Shown here: in pieces, positions 1 to 5,950 of the stretch
Layout: each line of letters opens with the position of its first letter
How positions within the stretch are numbered: position 1 is the stretch's first letter
Source of the DNA: a virus
Lineage: Duplodnaviria; Caudoviricetes
DNA: 30,408 nucleotides
Direction: 5' to 3' (one strand)
IMG/VR virus record: IMGVR_UViG_3300038674_000481
Coordinates: 1 to 30,408 of that record
Made by a program: the position numbers and the translations under genes
The notes under the pieces: model-generated
What the model was told of the DNA's origin: nothing
What the model saw: only the letters and a program-made list of their open reading frames with translations
Database searches by the model: none

Positions 1-157
1 CTACTCTTTCCGTATTGTCATCGATCTTACTGAGGACAGCCCTCTTGCATTTCTCCAGCTGTACTATGGAGCATGTCTTCCAGTTATCTATCTGGATCTC
101 TTTCATTATCCTGTCCATGTCAATGCAGACAGTTGTTGTTGTTTCACCATCTTTCAT
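1..157 (-). CDS. hypothetical protein, runs off the left edge (MKDGETTTTVCIDMDRIMKE...)
   Basis: AAGGTGA RBS upstream of ATG at 157; frame open to position 1; hand-translated. Confidence 0.55.
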   Translation of the reverse strand, partial: MKDGETTTTVCIDMDRIMKEIQIDNWKTCSIVQLEKCKRAVLSKIDDNTERV

Positions 158-182
158 GATTTCTTCACCTTCTTTTGTTAGA

Positions 183-235
183 TGATCCGCGTGGGGGGGT
201 GGTATGTGGGGAGTTAGAAAAGCCCACGCGGATCA
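183..235. repeat. 13-bp perfect inverted repeat directly 3' of the tRNA
   Basis: TGATCCGCGTGGG (183-195) / CCCACGCGGATCA (223-235). Confidence 0.85.
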
Positions 236-307
236 AGCCGTTGAAGGGAATCGAACCCTCGACCGTCTGGTTACAGGCCAGTTATTCTTCCACTGAACTA
301 CAACGGC
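236..307 (-). tRNA. tRNA-Thr(UGU), atypical (C33, A27:A43 mismatch), no encoded CCA
   Basis: Cloverleaf: acceptor GCCGTTG/CAACGGC, D arm GTTC-AGTGGAA-GAAT, anticodon arm ACTGG-CCTGTAA-CCAGA, T arm GAGGG-TTCGATT-CCCTT, discriminator U. Confidence 0.85.
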
Positions 308-346
308 AATGTGTTTTAGGGGGTAGGAGGATACCCCCGACGGGAT

Positions 347-697
347 TTAGACTGTTTTGATCATTGCAACTTTTCGGGATACGTTTTCTTTCCAGTATTT
401 CTGTACCATGTACTCAGATTCAAAGCAAACCATCACCAAGTCTCGAATGGTGTAGTCTGGATTCAACGAATGGACATCTCGAATCTTCTGCATCCTTTTG
501 TCCGATTCTGAACTTGTCACGTTTCCCACAAACAAATCAGAATCAGTTTGAACATCCTTCAACTGCCTAAACGTCTGCTTACATGTCCTGCATCTGTGAA
601 CATTGGGCGTGCATCGCCTGTATGTTCGTGCACTATGACAATATGGGCATACTTTCATATCGACAACCTCATCGTATCTGATTTTCAACGAGGTCAC
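347..697 (-). CDS. zinc-ribbon protein with possible C-terminal HTH (start may be the internal MKVCPYC)
   Basis: CPYC...CRTC motifs; helical C-terminus NPDYTIRDLVMVCFESEYMVQKYW. Confidence 0.6.
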   Translation of the reverse strand: MTSLKIRYDEVVDMKVCPYCHSARTYRRCTPNVHRCRTCKQTFRQLKDVQTDSDLFVGNVTSSESDKRMQKIRDVHSLNPDYTIRDLVMVCFESEYMVQKYWKENVSRKVAMIKTV

Positions 698-709
698 CGA
701 GGACGTATC

Positions 710-871
710 TCATGGCTCTGCCTCCTCGTCAATATAAGAAGCATCAAAATTGAAACCGGAAACCGGCCTTTCACCCAATGCGCCCTTAATCCTCATCATG
801 AGTTCAGCAGCTTCGGGCATCTCCAGTTTGTCATCGTACAGGATAGTAAGCTCAATCTTAGTGGAGGTCAT
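710..871 (-). CDS. hypothetical 53-aa protein (MTSTKIELTILYDDKLEMPE...)
   Basis: GGAGG RBS; TAATG coupling with the upstream ORF; hand-translated. Confidence 0.55.
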   Translation of the reverse strand: MTSTKIELTILYDDKLEMPEAAELMMRIKGALGERPVSGFNFDASYIDEEAEP

Positions 872-987
872 TAGTAATTCCTCCAGTCCGTCAATCCTCT
901 TTCATACGCATCCCTCATCTGTTCCTCTTCCCGGCGCATGATGGTGCGGCATTCGTCACACTCTCCGCAGGTGCATGGTCTTGCCAT
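871..987 (-). CDS. 38-aa Cys-rich peptide (MARPCTCGECDECRT...)
   Basis: Fills the gap exactly between the RHH gene and the next ORF; CxCxxCxxC. Confidence 0.5.
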   Translation of the reverse strand: MARPCTCGECDECRTIMRREEEQMRDAYERGLTDWRNY

Positions 988-988
988 G

Positions 989-1165
989 TTATCCGAGTTT
1001 CTTATGATCTTGCCTTTGTACATCATCCAGTTTCACCTTCTTAAGCTGTCTTTCCAACAATACCCTTATAGTGTCCGACCTTGACATTCCGATTTTATCG
1101 GCATACCTATCTAACTTTTCTATTGTCTCGATTGGACACCACGATGATATTGTTTTTCCTGTCAT
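989..1165 (-). CDS. ribbon-helix-helix (CopG-like) transcriptional regulator
   Basis: KTISSWCPIETIEKLDRYADKIGMSRSDTIRVLLE fits the RHH pattern; TATA-like TATATATA upstream. Confidence 0.75.
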   Translation of the reverse strand: MTGKTISSWCPIETIEKLDRYADKIGMSRSDTIRVLLERQLKKVKLDDVQRQDHKKLG

Positions 1166-1328
1166 GCTGTACATCCTACTATGTAAGACACTGTATATAT
1201 AGGTTATGCTATAACTTATCGTATGGCATAGAACGACATTCCTATAGGTTTATAAAAAGCAGCGTGAAACCCCTGAGCTAAAGACTCAGGGGATATAAGC
1301 GTACACTCATCCCTGATTCCGAATGTGA

Positions 1329-1401
1329 TACCGTAAACTATTTATATAATCGGTGCGTATTGAATATTGTCGAAAGACAAAAGGTGACTAAGATGACAAC
1401 A
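1329..1401 (+). promoter_or_regulatory. 73-bp promoter/RBS/start module, copy 1
   Basis: BRE-like CCGTAAAC, TTTATATA box, TTGTC-GAAA-GACAA inverted repeat, AGGTGA RBS, ATGACAACA; 66/73 identical to 1975-2047. Confidence 0.85.
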
Positions 1402-1617
1402 ATCCAGCAAGTAAGAGAAATGACCGATGAACAGATTATGGCCGAAATGAGAAAGATCGCAGCAGCTACAATCGGAATGCCTACTGTAGAACAGACGGTT
1501 GAGCAATCCATGTATTACACTGTAATGGCTCAGAGAAAGAACATTGATCCAAAGCCAAAGATTCAGGCCGCAGGATATGGTGTCTACGAGAAGGCAGTTT
1601 CAGAGGGGTGGTTCTGA
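1393..1617 (+). CDS. 74-aa hypothetical protein (cargo gene 1)
   Basis: ATG after AGGTGA RBS and TATA promoter. Confidence 0.75.
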   Translation: MTTIQQVREMTDEQIMAEMRKIAAATIGMPTVEQTVEQSMYYTVMAQRKNIDPKPKIQAAGYGVYEKAVSEGWF

Positions 1618-1785
1618 GTGATCCTACTTAACTCCCTTCCTTCTGATCTGCGTGATTTTGTGATACTGTCTGACAACTATACAGTAGATGATGACGGGAA
1701 CGTGTATGATCCATATTACGAGGAGTATCCATCTGAAGAACAGATCAGGGAACAGATGGAATACCAGAGAGAACGGGTGGACTAA
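1618..1785 (+). CDS. 55-aa highly acidic protein (cargo gene 2; MILLNSLPSDLRDFVILSDNYTVDDDGNVYDPYYEEYPSEEQIREQMEYQRERVD)
   Basis: GTG abuts the previous stop; GAGGGGTG RBS; TAATG overlap with the next gene; not in the supplied ORF track. Confidence 0.7.
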   Translation: MILLNSLPSDLRDFVILSDNYTVDDDGNVYDPYYEEYPSEEQIREQMEYQRERVD

Positions 1786-1982
1786 TGCCCCGCCCCTCCC
1801 TAATTCTTCCCCTTGTAACAATAATGGGAATCCCTGAGCTCGTCAAAATGGGTTACGATCAACAGCAGATAGCAGATTATTACAACACACATGAGTATTT
1901 CCAAAGAGCTGGAATCAAAGTATCGCAGCAGAGGATATCCGATTATATGCGAAAATACGATATTAAGAAGAGTGTACCGTAA
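1785..1982 (+). CDS. small HTH-like DNA-binding protein (cargo gene 3)
   Basis: GYDQQQIADYY...VSQQRISDYMRKYDI resembles a helix-turn-helix. Confidence 0.65.
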   Translation: MPRPSLILPLVTIMGIPELVKMGYDQQQIADYYNTHEYFQRAGIKVSQQRISDYMRKYDIKKSVP

Positions 1983-2047
1983 ACTATATATATAATCGGT
2001 ACATAGTATGTATTGTCGAAAGACAAAAGGTGACTAAGATGACAACA
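1975..2047 (+). promoter_or_regulatory. 73-bp promoter/RBS/start module, copy 2
   Basis: Direct repeat of 1329-1401; last 37 nt identical. Confidence 0.85.
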
Positions 2048-2302
2048 GGTACAACATATACATACGAATGCTATGATGGATGCACATGTCGGAGATTCAC
2101 GGAAAAACAAATGGAAAAAGAAACCAGAATCCGCAATGCCAGGGGGTATTCTTGGTTTGAAAATTATGAAATTCCTGTCGATGTCGCGCGGGAAGAAGGA
2201 CTTGGAAAATATCCCTCAATCCAAGAAGTAAAAAAAGTATACAATGGTCAAAAAATGAAACGGTTGAGGGATTTGCAGAGTGGCTATGAGGATGAGGAAT
2301 AA
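2039..2302 (+). CDS. 87-aa hypothetical protein (cargo gene 4)
   Basis: ATG after the duplicated promoter/RBS; 8-bp hairpin GATGAGGA/TCCTCATC at its 3' end. Confidence 0.75.
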   Translation: MTTGTTYTYECYDGCTCRRFTEKQMEKETRIRNARGYSWFENYEIPVDVAREEGLGKYPSIQEVKKVYNGQKMKRLRDLQSGYEDEE

Positions 2303-2328
2303 TCCTCATCAGTATTTCCGAGGTCAAT

Positions 2329-2421
2329 ATGTCAGGCTACAATCTCGACAAATCACGCCATGCGGTATTCACGCTGCACTATCATCTAATCTCTGAACAG
2401 TGGGCTAATGACAAAAATTGA
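2329..2421 (+). pseudogene. tnpA: truncated IS200-family Y1 transposase
   Basis: MSGYNLDKSRHAVFTLHYHLI matches the TnpA N-terminal HxVxxLxYHLI motif; stops after 30 codons, so no HUH motif or catalytic Tyr. Confidence 0.75.
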
Positions 2422-2537
2422 GAGCCAGCCCGACAAAATAGAAAAATCTGAAGGAGATGAAGCATAGTTTGAGGAATACCCGTCATTCATGGTGGGGAGG
2501 GTTCAACGGTTGTTATCCCAATGTTGGATACATAACT

Positions 2538-3338
2538 TCATACCGTAATCAGCCCGCTTGCACGGACAATGGATATAATATCTATGTTGATGGCGTTTGT
2601 TGCTGCGGTTGCCTTTGTGGCAGCTATATTGACCACATGGTTGAGACTAGTAGATGGAATGGTTACTGCTAAACCATACCATTTATAATTGCCTGTGGTT
2701 ACTGTTACATTTCCTGTTCCCAGTGACCCACTTGTCGTATCTGTAACGGATATAGTTAGATCGTTTGTGGTGCCTGCTGATGATTTTGCTCTCACCCATA
2801 CGATGTAATCAGCAGGTTCCAGGAATACCTCGTCTACGGCTATAGCTGCCATATAGCGACTATTGCCTGAGCTTACAAGGGTCGTAACTGGATTACTTGC
2901 TGCACCTGCATCCACGGTAGAAGATGTTACTCCTGCCATGCCTGCATTATCGGATAACATGCTTACCCCCTCAACGCCATAGCAATATGCATTGACAGAG
3001 TATACCTGCGTTGTTCCGATGGACTCTACATAGTTTATATCGCTTATCGTAAACTCTGTCGCCTTGTACATCGTAGGCAGTATGAGAAGCATAGCCCGAC
3101 CTGAAGAACGGAGGTAATCTATTGTCCTTTCTATCCGTGCAGTATCCGGGGAATAAATATGCATACGGAACTCAACTTCTGTTACCCCTGACGAAGACAG
3201 CCACGATACCAGCTTATTGTCTATAGATCTAATATAGTCTATAACATTGTTATCATGCCCTGTAGTCGTTCCGTATGGTCTAGCAAAGGTCAGTTCAATT
3301 CCTGAACTTCTATCGTATATAATATTAGCACTTACCAT
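2538..3338 (-). CDS. tail-tip protein with C-terminal beta-sandwich (CBM-like) domain; paralog of the N-terminal part of 3346-4752
   Basis: Last gene of the tail module; shared VRAxSSAGxTND and IxIDxI motifs; start placed at MVSANIIYD after GAGGT. Confidence 0.6.
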   Translation of the reverse strand: MVSANIIYDRSSGIELTFARPYGTTTGHDNNVIDYIRSIDNKLVSWLSSSGVTEVEFRMHIYSPDTARIERTIDYLRSSGRAMLLILPTMYKATEFTISDINYVESIGTTQVYSVNAYCYGVEGVSMLSDNAGMAGVTSSTVDAGAASNPVTTLVSSGNSRYMAAIAVDEVFLEPADYIVWVRAKSSAGTTNDLTISVTDTTSGSLGTGNVTVTTGNYKWYGLAVTIPSTSLNHVVNIAATKATAATNAINIDIISIVRASGLITV

Positions 3339-3345
3339 GATAACC

Positions 3346-4752
3346 TCATGCTGGTACTGTGTAATGAATAACCAACCGTGGGTGATAATTACTTGCATCC
3401 TGTGAATAGAATGCTATATAATTTTCACTTTCCGCTGATGCTTTCATAAGTATTCCGGTGTCTGTATAGGTGCCGTTGACGTAAGCCTGTATCAGTGTTG
3501 TGATATCCCAGTCATGGTATGCATTATCGGGCACTGTTGAACCTGCAAAGGTGACTGATGCAAATGGTGACGTTCCCTGAGCAGTGTCTGTTGAATCCCT
3601 CCAATCTCCACCTGCATTTGACCAAGCTGTACCAGATGCCCTATTACTCCAGCACACATAAGACGGATCCCATGCTGAAGCTGGCCTGTATACTTGCACT
3701 ATAGTATCATTAGTACGGGTTGTTCCAGATGGATGATACCAATATAATTGGAGTATCGCGCTTGTAACCGTTGCATTTGATGGAATGCCGGATAGATCAA
3801 ATTTCAGTAAAGGTCTGACCGATGTAGAACCGGAGTTTCCAAGATCGTTAAAGGTGTCGGTTGCATATACTGTCGTTGCAGTAGCGGAACGCATTCTATT
3901 ATCGGCTGTGGGGTTCAGAGTTACATCGTATTCAGTTGGATCAGGTGTAGTTTCCTCAACATCAATAACCTGTGATGCCTGCATGTAGGCTATAAGGTCA
4001 ATATAAATATTATTGGTAGTGCTTGTTACTTTCTTTGCTCTAATTTCTATAGTATGCCCCATGCTTGAAGATGGTACTGACCCCTGTAATATGTAATATT
4101 TATAAGAAGATGCGGTCACTGTTGTAGTACGTGTTAACAGTTCAGTGGAAGATGTAACATCATATACTTGCAGGTTAAAATCATTGGTAACGCCTGCACT
4201 GGAATACGCCCGTACTAAAAAAGTATAGGCACCATTCGCCATATAGATTACACCTGCCGACACTGATAGCTTTCTAGTATCGTTGATAGCGGATAGCCTT
4301 GCGCATGATCCGCTTAATGCATTGCTGTCAGTGATTACAGTTGCACCCGTACAATCGGGATCGGCTGCTACTCTTACCTGACCAACGTCACCATAACATG
4401 AGAAGGAGACATCTATAATGTCAACGGATGCTGATACTTCCGTATGTTTGTATGATTTAATAAGCACTTCAGATGAAAAGTCGTAAGTGCCTAATGCAAG
4501 TATAAGGTACCTTTTCTTCCTACTAAAATAATCAAGTAGCCTTCTTACATAAGAAGGGTTTGATGCCCTGATTGTAAACGATACCACCCTAGAACCTGGG
4601 GAATCTAGATAGGTTTCATAGGTTCCATCAGATGTTCTTTTGAAGTTCGTTGCTTCGTTTGAAAAGGTTTTTTCAATGCCATCCTCCACTGATTCAAATA
4701 TGAGTTCCTTTGTACTAACTGGATCGTAGATAAGCAATGGTTCTAACGTCAT
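3346..4752 (-). CDS. tail-tip/adhesin protein with C-terminal DNRLRE-type (disaggregatase-associated) domain
   Basis: ADNRMRS..., RPLLKFDLSGIP..ATVTSAILQLYW, WSNAGGDW, WDITTLIQAY, PRLVI motifs. Confidence 0.7.
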   Translation of the reverse strand: MTLEPLLIYDPVSTKELIFESVEDGIEKTFSNEATNFKRTSDGTYETYLDSPGSRVVSFTIRASNPSYVRRLLDYFSRKKRYLILALGTYDFSSEVLIKSYKHTEVSASVDIIDVSFSCYGDVGQVRVAADPDCTGATVITDSNALSGSCARLSAINDTRKLSVSAGVIYMANGAYTFLVRAYSSAGVTNDFNLQVYDVTSSTELLTRTTTVTASSYKYYILQGSVPSSSMGHTIEIRAKKVTSTTNNIYIDLIAYMQASQVIDVEETTPDPTEYDVTLNPTADNRMRSATATTVYATDTFNDLGNSGSTSVRPLLKFDLSGIPSNATVTSAILQLYWYHPSGTTRTNDTIVQVYRPASAWDPSYVCWSNRASGTAWSNAGGDWRDSTDTAQGTSPFASVTFAGSTVPDNAYHDWDITTLIQAYVNGTYTDTGILMKASAESENYIAFYSQDASNYHPRLVIHYTVPA

Positions 4753-5342
4753 TCTTCCTCCAACAGTGGGACAGATAGTTTCAAATCTTCAGCACTTTTA
4801 TCACATAGTACACCTATCATCAATCCAGTAGCGGACGTGGATTTGAACCCGTAACACTGTACTAGTAAGCCAAGCCGTTCCCCTGAGTGAATTACATCAT
4901 CAATGTCTTTAGAGAAGGTAAATCCTATATTGCGGGATGTTGTGCTGCCCGTTCCTGCTCCATACAGTGTTTCAGAACCTGACCAGATGGATTCCAAAGG
5001 TATTATATCAGTATGATTCCACGAATCGTCATATTTCCTCAAGGAATATTGTACATCCGTCAGCCTAACATATGCACTTGTTGCGACTCGTGAAGCGTAT
5101 AACTGCAATATGAACGCCCCCTCTACAGTGCCTGTCAATTTTGTATCTGAACTGAACTTAGTTGGATATGTGACCAGCCATTGCACAGCTATCCCCGGAG
5201 TAGATACCGGTACGGTATATAGTATAGGGGATGAAGCAAATGTAAAATTTGAACTAAGTGGGGTATCAGAATCGTATAAATATGACCTTAGTTGGATCAA
5301 GTCGGCTGCGACTAATGTTTTTTTTGTTATACTACTTGCCAT
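4749..5342 (-). CDS. putative minor tail protein; paralog of 5342-5950
   Basis: Beta-rich; downstream of the tape measure; translationally coupled. Confidence 0.55.
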   Translation of the reverse strand: MASSITKKTLVAADLIQLRSYLYDSDTPLSSNFTFASSPILYTVPVSTPGIAVQWLVTYPTKFSSDTKLTGTVEGAFILQLYASRVATSAYVRLTDVQYSLRKYDDSWNHTDIIPLESIWSGSETLYGAGTGSTTSRNIGFTFSKDIDDVIHSGERLGLLVQCYGFKSTSATGLMIGVLCDKSAEDLKLSVPLLEEE

Positions 5343-5950
5343 TATAACCCCACATATGGAATTGATATCAGCACGTCTCCGGCTGGATACGCATGTTCTA
5401 AATAATGCCTGAGTGCTGTAGACGAGGATGATGTTCTATAACCATTTGATTTAATTCGTAATGCGATCCTAGCATTTGGTTCCAGCACGGCATCTATATT
5501 ATTCGTAAAATACATCGACCAAGTGCGTTTAGTTGCTGTTGTAACGTTTATACTAATCGATGGACCATTTGGGTACACCTGATATTCAGGCATTATGACC
5601 GATACATTGCCATTTATATCCACTGCGTACAAGGTTATCGTGAGTTTCGTCATATGCACGGAATATGAAGCAGAATCAGACTCCATTGCAACTAGAATAT
5701 TACCTTCAACTGGACCGTCTAGCCTAGCTCTTTTATCGAAAGGAGATCGACATATAAAAGTTTTATCTAAACATGGACCAGATGTATTGTAGGGAGGTAC
5801 AGCATACGATTCCGTATCGAGTGGGAAATTTGAACCCAATGTGAAACTGTCATCCATTAAAAAATATGTATAGGTGTTTGAACCTATCGAAAGGGGAGAA
5901 CGGGGAAGGTAAACCCCTTTATACTGCTTATACATCCTATATGAAACCAT
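5342..5950 (-). CDS. putative minor tail protein
   Basis: Immediately after the tape measure; TAATG coupling. Confidence 0.55.
   Translation of the reverse strand: MVSYRMYKQYKGVYLPRSPLSIGSNTYTYFLMDDSFTLGSNFPLDTESYAVPPYNTSGPCLDKTFICRSPFDKRARLDGPVEGNILVAMESDSASYSVHMTKLTITLYAVDINGNVSVIMPEYQVYPNGPSISINVTTATKRTWSMYFTNNIDAVLEPNARIALRIKSNGYRTSSSSTALRHYLEHAYPAGDVLISIPYVGL

Larger units (their letters stand above)
1254..2506 (+). mobile_element. non-autonomous IS200/IS605-derived element with cargo genes
   Basis: TTTAT at 1249-1253, then a left-end-like hairpin CCCCTGAG-ctaaaga-CTCAGGGG (1270-1292); tnpA N-terminal stub at 2329; right-end-like imperfect hairpin (2479-2496) followed by TTCAA (2502-2506). 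Confidence 0.65.

Noticed and set aside
183-235. HDV-like (theta) ribozyme at the tRNA 3' end
   Set aside because: I could not build the nested double pseudoknot; a simple 13-bp stem explains the sequence
236-307. Reading the tRNA as Tyr(GUA)
   Set aside because: Centring GTA in the loop destroys the anticodon stem; acceptor and discriminator fit Thr
1365-2047. 37-nt identical repeat with an internal hairpin as a mini-CRISPR array
   Set aside because: Only two copies, 646 nt apart, each containing an RBS and start codon; better explained as a promoter/UTR duplication
2408-2506. tnpB gene or omega-RNA near the IS right end
   Set aside because: Only a 19-codon ORF with no RuvC or zinc-finger motifs; too little sequence remains to support it
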